From positions 16,618,001-16,682,000 of the forward strand of contig NC_087252.1 in the NCBI RefSeq assembly GCF_037042905.1: a DNA stretch of 64,000 nt, read 5' to 3'. Position numbers and translations under genes: made by a program. The stretch is from Lytechinus pictus (taxonomy: Eukaryota). The notes under the pieces are model-generated. The model saw only the letters and a list, made by a program, of their open reading frames with translations, was not told the origin of the DNA and searched no databases. Below, piece by piece: positions 1-12,900 of this stretch. Position 1 is the stretch's first letter, and every line of letters starts with the position of its first letter.

Positions 1-679
1 TATTTCTTAGGGATATCGCAGTGCGTGGTGTTATCAAACGCTGAGCAAACATAGATCATAATAAGGTATATTTTCTCGTCTGGTTTCATTGCGACCCGTC
101 TGTATGAAACTGGATAAAGACCCCTATAAAATTTGACTGTAATCTGGATTGCCACCAAGCATGAATATCATGTATGGATCGAGGGACGCATTTTTAAAAT
201 AAAAAACAATCATCTCTGTCTGTGTGCAATTGAACAAATATCCAAAGTCTCCAAAACATTTCTGTTATTCATTTGTGTGTTTTTTTTCTTCAAAATCCTT
301 ATTGCAACAAGGGTTTGGTATGCGATTTGTATCATAAGATACCTATTGCCATGGAGTAGGAAGAAATTAATTGGGTGACATTTTCGTTTGAAATGATTCT
401 AGCTGCCAAAGCTTTTATAATAATAAGCAAATAGCTCTCCTGAACACAAATGATGTTGCATTGATGCTGGAAGCCGAAAGTTGGCGCTCTGCAACGTACT
501 TGAAATAACGCGTTGATTATTTATTCAGCTCGATTTAAAGGGACACTCGCAATCCTCCATTCCCGATGATATCATTTGGAGCGAATATAGTAAAACAATT
601 ATTTTATAAAATTATACTGGGGCAAATTCAACTTACCTTCATGATTTTTAAGGATTCTGTCATTCATCTTTAATTCCAG

Positions 680-952
680 GTCGACCCTTAGTGCGCCCTC
701 TACCGGATGTGATCGCCATAGACGGCACCGATGTTTCCATCCATTGTCACGTAGTTGGATTCCCTATTACATCTATCACGTGGTACAAAGGTTTAACTAC
801 ACTTCCCTCTTCAATGCGACACACTGTGTTCCCCAATGGAACACTGGTTATTGCTGACGTCACATCGTACGGTGATGGTGGAGAGTATACCTGTGTCGCT
901 AGCAACGCTCGGGGAGATCGCTCGGCATCTGATATGGACCTCATTGTTAAGG
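680..952 (+). CDS. Dscam: Dscam exon, Ig6
   Basis: ttccag|GT...AAGG|gtaaat; GRPLVRP...IHCHVVGFP...W...NGTLVI...[11 protein letters not shown]. Confidence 0.92.
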
Positions 953-3900
953 GTAAATAGATTGTTACGTTTGCCAAAGTAAAATTTTCTTAACTGAATC
1001 CTCATCTCCTCAGTGAAGTTATATTACTTTTATTAGAATTAGAGCTTACATCAGCGAATATACCCGGTAATTCTAGAATGGACAATAATCCAACTGTGAA
1101 CGCATTTTACGGCGGTTTCCTCGCACTCCACGGTGTGTTTCTTTTTTTTTCAAAGATGAACTTACTATTGGAAAGACACCTGCGGGATAGCTGGATCAAA
1201 AACATGGATCTGACTTATAAATAAAATAACTTACCAGGCAAAGAAATGAGAAGGCATGTGCTGTGCATGCCATTTAGAACAGGTCATGACTGAAATGGAA
1301 GTTGGATTCAGTTCGTAAGATTGATGATGAATAAGTTAAAAAAAAATTTCAAAACACCATCTGTGCTAACTTTGTTGTTCATCCTGCAACGGATCGTACA
1401 TTGTAGACAAAGTATCTTTGCAAATAATTATATTATCACTTAAATGCACCTAACAGTTCCCCCGGTTATCCAGCCAATCGAACCCCTTACTCTACGACAA
1501 GGTCAGAGAACTCAACTCATGTGCATCGTGACCCGTGGTGACCTCCCCATTCACTTCCGGTGGCTCAAAGATGGTGAAGCCATTCCTCATGGGGTTGGGA
1601 TCGAGTTTGTGAACGGGACCTTTTCAAGCTCTTTGGTCATAGCTGATGCGTCTACCGTGCATGATGGCCGCTATACGTGTGAGGCCAGTAACCTAGCCGC
1701 GGCAGTCAACTACACAACAGCTCTTACTATTCAAGGTAAGTTTCCAACAAGGTTCCTTTAGAATCATCCCCTCGTTTAATTAAATCTTCTAATTTTTCCT
1801 ATACATCACCTGGTTTCCGGGGGGGGGGGGGGGGGGGAGTCAAATATATTGCTGTACACATGCGTGACCAAATTATTTCCAAACACCCCCCTGAACAAGT
1901 TTTTCGCGGGCTTTATTTACACATTTTGGCCACTAAACAAGTTGTCGCCAAAATATGACAACGGGGAAAAAGCTTGGGGAAGAAATATCCCCTAAACACG
2001 CTTGGCTAGTCTGCTTTGGAAAAAATACCCTAAATACGTTTGACCCTGCGATTGAACATTGACAAGTCTTCCAAAACCACCCTTTTTCTTGAAAATCGGT
2101 GTGTTTTATACCTTTAACGAGTGCACGCGCGGCCCGCGTCCAAAACTGAAATGAAAAAACACCCCTTTAAACGCGTTTTTTAGTCACGCATGTGTACAGC
2201 AATATATTTGACTGCCCCTCAAGATGCTTTACCTATCTGCATAGCTCGTCATATGTTCTATCGAGGAAAGATTACACTTAAAAAGAGTTATCATCCATAC
2301 GTTCGGTTGTGGTAATGGGTTTCAAATGCTATAGCTAAGTACTATTGACCATTATGGTAATGGTTTTCCGTTTCATAAATCAATGTAAGGATTAACCCAC
2401 ATTCAAACCTTAATGGATTCTTAAAAATTCTATTCAAAATGCAGATGGAATCCAATATGTCATTTTTATCTTCGGAGATATTCATTATCTGATATCAGCA
2501 AAATTACAAACCAAATATGATTCGTTAATACTTATCTTTATACAGTACCACCTCGATTCGTCGTTGAGCCACACAATACAGCGGTAGTTCTAAATCATAC
2601 AGTAGTGATAGCATGTATGGCCAATGGAAAACCGAATCCTGATGTGCAATGGAAAAAAGCTCCAGGTAAGAAACATGTATTTCCCGTCACCATTATCAGC
2701 TTTCTCGCCTCCCTGCTCTTCATCCTTTTTCCTGCTTCGCCTAAAGATGGCGCTTGTCAGTAACATGGATTTGCTGTCCGTTTAAGATGACGTTTCTTTT
2801 CCATTTGTTTTTGGTTTTATCTCTTTATTTCGTAATCTCTTTCAGTGTACTGTGTTAAAATATTATTCGGGAGTGTAGTTGAAAATTATTTAAAAATACG
2901 ATTACTGTTATGTTTTCACTCCCCACTCTTATATCTTCGTTATCATTTTTTTGTTTTTTTTTCTCGTTCTCTCCCCTTTTACTCCGTATCATTCTCTCTC
3001 TATTTAAATTCAACTTTCTATCTCTTTTCACTCCCCACGCTCCCTCTCTTTCTTATGATTATTAATTATTGTTGTTTCTTCTTGCTGTTTGATCTTCTTT
3101 CTTTGTCATTCTTCTATCTATCTATCTACCTATCTATCGTTTCTTTCTTTCTTTCTCTTCCCCTTCTCTCTGTCTATTTTCCCTCCATTTGAATTTCCCT
3201 TTTTCTATCTCTTCCCTCGTCATGTTCACTCTCTCCCCCGCTCCCTCCCGCTTCCTCTATCTCCCTCTTTATCTCTCATGTCAGGTCCAACGACGGCCAA
3301 TTTCCGTGACCTCCCTGATGACCCTCGGTTTGAGATGCAGGAGAACGGATCTCTAGTTATCCGGGAAGCCCGGGTAGAGGATGCCGGGTATTATTTGTGT
3401 CACATCAGCAACAGCGTTGGTATGGACAGCAAAACAGCTACACTCACGGTCTTTGGTAAGCGCTTCAGCCACACCAACGAAACCGACTCCAAACCGACCG
3501 ATGGTATGTCATTGGTTATAACGTAATAACATTGATCGGTCTGGAGTCGGTTTCCAAATGTGACAGCAGCTTCAAGTTTAACGATACTCGAAACATTATA
3601 ATTGCATCCCCTGCTTTCATAACAAAATAACTTTTGAATGCAATTAAATCATAATGGAATCAACCATATGAGGGACATTAGCAACGCTTTAAACAGTGTC
3701 TCGAAGACCTATATACTATGCAACATTTATGAATACTTGAAAAAATTCACATACCTAGAAGGACCGGTTCATGTTGCAGACACTGCAATTTTGCACCGCC
3801 AATCAGAACCGCGAGCAGACACGGCAATTTGTCTACGTGTAACACGAAGCCGAGTCTGCACCGGCAATTGCCTGATTGCTCACCTCGTTCACTTATTGTG

Positions 3901-6900
3901 ACGACAATGCGCATGGCGTAGAATGTGCGCAGAGCCGATTCTGCACCGCGAGCTGTGACAGCGTGTAAACACGATGCAAGATAACCCGAGAGCCGATGCA
4001 GCGTGTAAACACGGTATAAAAGGTCTAAGAATCTTGTTCCATTTAATGTGAATTATGAAGATTTTTTTTTCACAAATGCTGTTCTGTTAATTTTTATATA
4101 TTGAATGATTTTTTATATCTTTATTGTCACGTTGGATCAGTAACAGCAGAACGTCACCATTAAACTAACTGAACATACCGAAAACGTCACCTTAGAATGC
4201 ACAGTTGTAGCGCTTATGGCCCAATATTTATGTTCTATTATTCACTTCCGGTACTTGTTTTCTATTGAGCAAATTGAATGATTACTTATATTGAATAATC
4301 GTTGCCCTCATTTGTACGATTATCTACATTGAATAATTCTTTGTTCTCTAAACAGTCCCCGCCACGTTTGCACAGCAACAGCAGAACGTCACCGTCGAAC
4401 TCACCGAAAGCATCACCTTAGAATGCACAGCTACGGGTCATCAACCGCTCGAGATCATGTGGTCGAAGAATGACGTTCCATTCAATCGCTTGTCTACGTC
4501 ACGATATGATATCGAGACGGTGACTGATGGCGATAGTGTACTGTCTAGTATGACTATCTTCTCTGCGGTACGAGATGATACAGCTACCTATATCTGCCTG
4601 GCTCAGAATCTACATGGCGCCGATGAGCACGTCATACAACTTTGGGTTCAAGGTATGCAATACGACATCGAGATACAACAACTAGATACAGTTCGTCGTG
4701 TACTGCCGCACACACGACCTTGAATCTAAATGAAAAGTACCCACTGACACAATTAACAGTATACGGGGCCACACCAATACGTAAAAAACAACATGCACAT
4801 GAAAGAGAGAAGAAAAGTGTGGAACTTAGTGCGCACTTGACCTGTTCTGGAGTATCTTTAAGTTTTTCCGGTGTCCTCAAGAGAGCCCTTTGTTGCTCTA
4901 TCCTGTAATTTTGATATCGACGCAATACCATCTAGTTTTCACTCAGCGACGTATAGAACTACTGAGCAGTCTTTGTTAAAAAATTGTAACAAAAACATCT
5001 GTTTAGTCCTTGATTCGGAGCTGACGGAACTCGTAAACGCTGGAAAAAAGAACACAAGTTACACAGTGTGATCACGGTGTGTTCTCATAGTGGACTATGT
5101 GAAAATATTATTAAAACTGTTAAATTGCTCGAATTTAGCAGTGTGAAGGTGATTTCACATTGTGTTCCACACTATACAAACACACTGTGTCACAGTCTGG
5201 GTGACACTGTGTTTTTTCTAGCAGGGGTTCCCTGTGATATACATTCCGGATTCAAAATAAATATAGTTGGATATTTCTAAATCGAACTCTGGATTTAATT
5301 CAAATTTTGAAGACAAATCTTAAACGATTAGAATGCATACCTGTATAGTTTGTATTTAAGAACCTGGCACGGTGGTCCATTGGTAAAACGCTAGCCTCAT
5401 GAACGGGCGGGAGGCTAAATCTTTGATTTTGTCCGACTGCGTTGCATTAGTTATTTTACGATGTATCAATATAAAATACTTCTGCAATTGATATTCCAAT
5501 GACTAACAGACAATAACGATTAGCAAAAAATACGTATTTTTAATGGCATTGACCACAGGGCTTCCCTGACACGTTACTTCGGTATTTTCAAAACTCTGAT
5601 TTGTTGCAGAAAAACCAGAGCCCCCGACAGACCTACATGTCGTGAACAAGACGAGTAGAGGTGTGCTGCTGTCATGGCAACCAGCATTTGACGGAAACAG
5701 TCCCGTGACGGGTTTCACACTTGAATACAAAAATGCATCAGGTAAGAGAAGCAATTGTCTGTCTTATATGGATGCCTCATGGTCCTGACTTTCGTCTTTG
5801 AAGGAGAGGGTCATGGGTTCGAATCCCAGCCATGGCATGTTTCCCTTCAGCAAACAATTTACCCACATCATGCTGCGCTTTATCCCGGTGAGGTAAATGA
5901 GTCGGGGTTAATTCCTTGGATGCGCTGCTGATGAAGTAACAGTCCCAGCCAAAGCCGTAAAAGCTGGGGCAATAATAGTAACGCTTTGTATAATCTGGCA
6001 AAAAGTGTCCAGTTATTATTACCATCATATTGTTGCTCGGAAATGGATTTACATAACTTAATTTTTTACACTTTAGATACATGCGAATAACAATAAAATA
6101 ATAAATATATATCGTGTGCTTCTCTTCCTATCGCTTAAATGCCATCAGAATAACACACTTTTCTTCTCATTTGATAGATGCTTGGCAAACAGGTTTGCCC
6201 CAGGAACACGTACCTGCTGATTTAATCGGCTACCAGTATAGTATCAAGCACCTACATCCAGCCTATACTTACCATGTCCGGATATTCGCATTCAACGCGA
6301 TTGGAATCAGTGATCCAAGCAAAGAGATCCTCTTTGATACCGAAGAAGAAGGTTGGTGTGCTGAAGTTTTAAGGTCGCGTTACGACCTTCTTTAAATTCC
6401 CCTTATATTTAATGGAGGACAGATCAGAATGTCTTTACGAAAATTGGAGTGCTTTCAAGAATGTTTGGGTTACGCGACATGACTCTTTGTATATTTGCCT
6501 GATAATTGGTGAAAGGGATTGGTAAAAAGATGCATTTTGTAGATTTTGCAGGGTATACCGTCATGACCGTTGTATCCCAAACGCTGGGCTCGAACTGTTA
6601 CAAAGAGCTTGTTTTAATAAGTTCTAGGCCCCGTCTTAGAAAGAGTTACTATTGATCCAATATGTATCTCTACCATAGCCTTGACATTTTCTACACAGCA
6701 GAGATGTTTCTGTCCCTTCACAATCTACTTACATAAAGCAAGGGCCTTAGTAGGCCTAAGGATACAGGTAGTCTACGAATAGTCCCTAATATCGCTCCCT
6801 GAGGCACACCATGATATATGCACATGCATATGATATGTTATGATGCGTGTTCAATAATGCCGTTGTGTATGCATTCTCGCAGTTTCTCTTGGGAGACCAA

Positions 6901-9900
6901 ATAATGGGATTCGCTGTTTTAGGTCTATATAGATGCACATGCAGAAGGAAGTGCCCCACTGCCCCTACTCCTACATCGGGGTGGTGCCAGTCGCCTGTTC
7001 AAGTGAGAATGGTTATTTTTCAAGGATATTATTTTCCTCCCAAGGCATTTAAATGTTGAACATCTCTTTTACTTGTGATATGTTCCCAGGGTAATAAGTC
7101 ACTGTTACACGAATATGGAATTAATGAAGATATTGAAAACGTTTCATTTCCTTTTTTTATGCAGCACCGTCTGGTATTCCTTTGAATATTGAGATCGACG
7201 CCTTGAGCTCTCAAAGCATCCAAATAACGTGGAGAGTAAGTATTCAGTCTATGTAGTTCTTTAAACGCCATTAAGCTCGGATCAATGTGGGGGGGGGGAG
7301 CTTGTTAATTTCTTATTGGCTATTTGGTCTGTGTGATGGTAAAAAAATACTTGTCATTTTCTCCTAGACAGGCGGGAAGTCAACATTGGAACACAGCAGA
7401 AACAAAATTCGTCAAGGTGTGATGCGTTTGGATGTTATCTTAACATGGCCCTTTTTTCTTCAGATTATAAGTACAATCAATGATCTATGAGGCTATGAAA
7501 TTAAAACTTATATTTTCTTCACATTCATTTCTTAGCAACCACGAGCAGATCTTCAAAACGGATTTCTTCTCGGCTATCACATTCAGTATCGTGATCCGCA
7601 TTCACCCTTTCAATCTCGGATAGTTCCGGTTGAAACCAATTACATTGAGAGTCGGACTTTGACTAACCTTAAGAAGTTTACCCGCTACACCATTCAACTG
7701 AGAGCTTATAACCGGGTCAATGTCGGACCATGGTCTCCCCAACAGTTTGTTACAACTCTGGAAGATGGTGAGTATTTTTCGGGGGAGATAATAGTAGTCC
7801 CAAAATTATCGAGAACTGGGTATTTTTGTTATCTATCTGAATCTTCTATTACCACCGCCTTCCGTTTTTTCCGTTTCGTTGTTTAAATACCTAACGCCTA
7901 CTGCCATCGTCTGCATATGAAACTTTAATTCTTCAAACTTAGTCCACTTAAATCTTTCAACCCACCTAATATCATGAATGTTCATAAATAATCCCTAGCC
8001 TCTCAAGCGGCATTTAGTTATACCATCTCTGTCTAATTATATCTCATTTTGCCATGTTCTTCCTTTCAGCATTTGTATGTCTGTTTGCAAGTCTTTATTC
8101 CATTTTAGGTTGTAAATGGTTCACACTAATTCAGAATGGGATTTCCACTCAATGGCTCCTTAGGCTGCTCTTCTTGAGCGTTATAGGCATACACACAATA
8201 ATACGAAATAAACTAAATAGGCCTAATATAGTTGTATATGACTATCAATGACTTCATATATTGGAAACATGAATACTTACATGTAGAGGTAATGATATCC
8301 TTCAATGTCCATCAACTCTCAAGTGAATATTTTTAGGAGTTGCCGACGTATTTGTGGTCATTCTAGAGGACATAAGAACAAGGCTAAATGCTACGACTAT
8401 TGCATTCTGAGGAAGCAATCAAGGAGTGTGTTGATTATTGGGAACTTGAGCTGGCGCTATTACACATGCCAGTTTAATTTGTCTTTAACTAATAAATGTT
8501 TTGTTTCAGTTCCGAGCGAAGCCCCACATGATGTCTCCGCCAGATCAGTTGGGTCAACAAACATCATGGTCTTCTGGAATGCACCTGACCAAGAGTCCTT
8601 GAATGGCATCTTACAAGGATACAGAGTCTACTACAGACCAATCAGAGAACATGAAGGTAGGTTGCTATGGAAACAAGGTCTACTACAGACCAATCCGGGA
8701 GAATGAAGGTAGGTTGCTATGGAAACAAGGTCTACTACAGACCAATCCAGGAGCATGAAGGAAAGTTGCCATGGAAACAGTGTCTACTGCAGACCAATGA
8801 AGGAACACGGATGTATGAAATAATACAATGCATCCTACAAGTGCACATATAAACCTAATTCACAACTAGGTTTCCCTTTCATTTCAACAATAAAATAATG
8901 ATAGGAAAAATAGAGTATACCTTCTTCCTCAACTGTGGGAACATTTTCTGTCGGTGAAGATCAGGGGAGCGTTTCATGAAAGGACTTGTCGGACGTTTTA
9001 TCCGACAGTTACCATAGTAACAGTACCTCTCAGCCAATCAACATCAGAGAAAGATGTCAGATCTGACAACTTGTCGGATGAAAATGTTGATGAAACACTC
9101 GCCAGGTTCTCGATTTTCCTAGAAAGAGGAACGCAGACCTAAAGCTCTTTTTTTTTATTGTTTTATTATGGTCCATGTTACTTGGTGAGACGATTATCAA
9201 AGAAAGATCAATTTTCAAAACTTATTAACATGAAGAAGGGTTCTGGTTACCGTAGTTAAAGAGAAGATATCATTTGTTTTCCAATATTTTCATTATTTTT
9301 TCATTATGTATATTGTCCTATTTACCATATCAATTTAAGCCATATAAAGCGATAATTTGTTTGTAATACCTGCACTTTATTATACCATCTTGTCTGATAT
9401 TTCTCATGAAGATGAACTGGATTACCAAATTTACGAAACAACCGAGCTATTTGCTGAGCTTCACAACCTACAGAAGTTTACAAACTACAGTATATCAGTG
9501 GTGGCCCATACACGAGTTGGAGAAGGAGTGAGAAGCGAAGAGAAGATAGTTCGAACAGAACAAGATGGTAAGAGTACTAAGATCAATGTCCAATAAACAT
9601 CACCTCTGGAGTTTCAGGGCTGGCACTTTTAGAGTATGAATTCAAACCTTGTCCAACATAATTTTGGCAATCGAAAACACCCCTTTCCTGTAGGAAAATG
9701 ACAATTCTTTATTATTTTCAGACTTCTTAATCAGTTCATCCCTAGGCTTTTCAAGGAACTTACTTTCGATTGCAAATAAAACTTATATCCCCGAATTAAC
9801 TGCCATGGGGAATTGAAAGAAAGTTCAAATTAGCCTTCAATCGAAGGATTTGCATAAGATTATTGGGCTAACGCTTGATTTGGAATTGAACGGGAGTTTC

Positions 9901-12900
9901 TTGCAATGTTCCGTTGGTCATATAGAACCAAAATAATTACCTTTTTTTTTAGATTACAGAGAGCCGAAAAAACAGTCACAGTGGAAGCCTAGCACTCGGA
10001 TACTCTACAAGTTTATATTCTTTTTTCCTTAACCATGTTTTATTTAGTAAAACAGATTACAAACCATGGGTGGTAGCCCAATTCAGTAAAAAAAAATCCC
10101 AACGGTGACTCCCAAATGGTACGGACAAAGATGACTTTTTTCATTACGCCATACTTTCATACACGTATAACGGAACAATGAAGCAATAACAGAAACGACA
10201 AGAAAAAGGGGGGGGGGGGGAAGCTCGATGAATCAAATTTCTTATTCCATTCATTGTTTCTAGTTCCTGAAGCCCCTGCGGACATCAAAGCGCATGCTGC
10301 TTCACCTACAAGTATCATGGTCTCTTGGCTCCCGCCACTCTATCTTAATGGAATCATCACACACTATCATCTTAACATCCAATATCGAGAAGGAGAAAAC
10401 GAGGTAAAAACCACGTTAAATTAGGTTTGAACCTAATGTGATGTGATCTTCGTCAACTATATAATATTTTACTATTCTGTATTACATGTATGTTATTTTT
10501 GTCACTTGGAATGGAAAAGATGACCTTCCGGTTCTAGTTATTTAGTTCCTTTTCCGGCATCCATGTGACTCTCCTTATCCTATTCTTTGTATATTACAGT
10601 TGTCTATATCTTTGCTTATGCCGAATAAAATAATTATAATAAGAAAAAAAAGCCGTGCTTGCTCGTGGTCGTACACAGGATTTGTCTGGGAGAGGGGGAG
10701 ATGCGTATCCAATTTTGAAAAAAAAAATGAAAAGCGAGTGAGCGAAACCCACCGAGCTTGTCTTTGTGGCACTTTCGCATATTTTTTTAGCGAATTTGAA
10801 GGATTTTGTGCAAACTTTTTGGTGAATTTTGTGAAAATTTTCAGAAACAAATTGAAGTTGCCCCCTATGATGTGTACGGCCATGTGCTTGTTGATTTCTA
10901 TACATATATTTTTGACCTTTAAGAACAATGTCGACCATTGCTTTTGAACAATGCCCAATGATGCGTTGTTCACAAGTCGCTCATATATGTCAGTTCCTAC
11001 ACGTCTTTTTCATGAAGTTTGTAGGAAGAAAACATTTGAAATATTTCAAAAGTGTAATTAGTAGAATTTATTGATATGGAATAGGGTCTACGTTTTATCA
11101 AATATATCTATGATATTACAGGTACGGCAGGAAAAGGAGTTGGATCCTACGACGTTTTACTATCTGGTAGAAGACTTGCAGACGGACTACGAATATGATT
11201 TCTGGGTGAAGGCCAGCACCATAGCCGGACAGGGAGAATCAAGCCGAATTGCTACTGAGATACCGATGTCCAGAGGTAATAATTGAGGTGTTAAGGAAAC
11301 CCATGGGGGCAAAAAAGATTTTTTATTAATGTTCCCCTTAATTTCACCTCTATTTTTATTCTGGTATGCAATGTATCTGTACGAATTCAATGAACACCAT
11401 CGATCTTCAATCAACTAATTTGAACGCGGTTCTGAGCGTAGCAAATTCGGAGCCCTGTGTCGCTACTAAATCGTGTCAATAAAAGGATCTTCATCGTATG
11501 ATTTCTTTCAAACACTATCTTTCTATTATTTTACCTTATTACATGTATATCAACTGATCAAAGTTAATCATTAGGATAGACTGAGAAAAATATTTTATTT
11601 CTAAGATACTGTAAAATAAAAAAGCCTTACGCATCGTTGCTCGCTTACTGTCGTTTATTCTTGTGGGATCACCTTTTGGGCTCATGTAAGTCTGTGTGAA
11701 ATATAAAATGAGATTGCAATATCACTTCAAGGCCTACTGATAGAAGGGAGTTTACGCAGCCATTACGCAGACGCTTTCTGGAAGGTAGAGAATCTATTAT
11801 CAAAAGCCCTTCATGACAAAGTAGCCTTTGTCGAAAATTGGTGAATGAAAACAGCAGTGCCGTCCGTGACTCCGGACAAACGACGCATTTGAAATTTCTC
11901 ATCAGCTATGAATTTTCGGCAAAGGCATCTCAACTGTTCTTTCTGATTTGATGGGCATTTTCAATAGATTTACTATGTTTTAGATATTGCAGTTGCAATA
12001 AGTTGATAACCCCCTAATACTACTAATAAGGCGACTAATAATACTTTTATAGAACAAGAAATGCAAATCTTAAGAATACGGTCGATTCATTTCTTTTAAA
12101 CCAGTACCGGCTCGCATCATGTCTTTTTCCACAACATTAATGTCGCCATGGAAACGAGCTGTCACCCTAGATTGTCTACCAGTCGGTGATCCAGTGTTGA
12201 CTGTTGAATGGAAGAAAAACAGGTAAAATATCTAATTTTAGATTTTAATATTCAAATCAGTGGTTTCTTGCTGGATTCGTTCGTTACGGAAGTCTGCAAA
12301 CATACTGTGCCTACAACATAATCAAATCTTTCAGATTTTACGTGGTGTGGTCTTGGCACTTAAGGTTTTGCTTAAAATAGTTGAAACAGCAAATGGTGCT
12401 ATAACGTAGATAAATCATAAAAGCTAATTACTAATTATATATATTTTCATTCACTTAATCTCATTAGCTATGATATTTCACTTTGATTTTAATGTGCATC
12501 ATTATACATGTTGTAATGATGATGATAATATCTTACTTTGATTGTACCAATGCAATCACATTGCTAATAATATCATGCCTTGATTACACGAATGCTATCA
12601 CATTACCGATGATGTCTACTTTTGATTGCAGGTTACCTAACGTTCTCAAACCAGACGGACGGATCGATATCCTCGAGAATGGATCTCTGGTCATCAAATC
12701 CGTACAATCGACTGATGCAGGCAATTACACATGCCGTGCTATTAATGAATACGGTTCATCCGACTCGATTACTGTACGCGTTCAAGTATTGGGTAAGTCG
12801 GATATCATACGAACATATTCAATGCATGCGCATGCGCACCAGTGCATGCTCATCTGGTGCAAGCATGGTGGGATGATGCATGTGTAGTTGCATGAACATA

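Noticed and set aside
11..65. Possible extra exon (ttag|...AAG|gtat)
   Set aside because: Stop codons in all three frames and no Ig-like sequence.
953..2545. Arthropod-style array of alternative Ig7 exons
   Set aside because: Only one Ig7 exon; flanking introns are short and show no paralogous exon. Also only one TM exon. Ig2/Ig3 lie outside the window.
5780..5835. tRNA gene
   Set aside because: B box present but no cloverleaf; continues into a SINE body. Same for 35620-35690.
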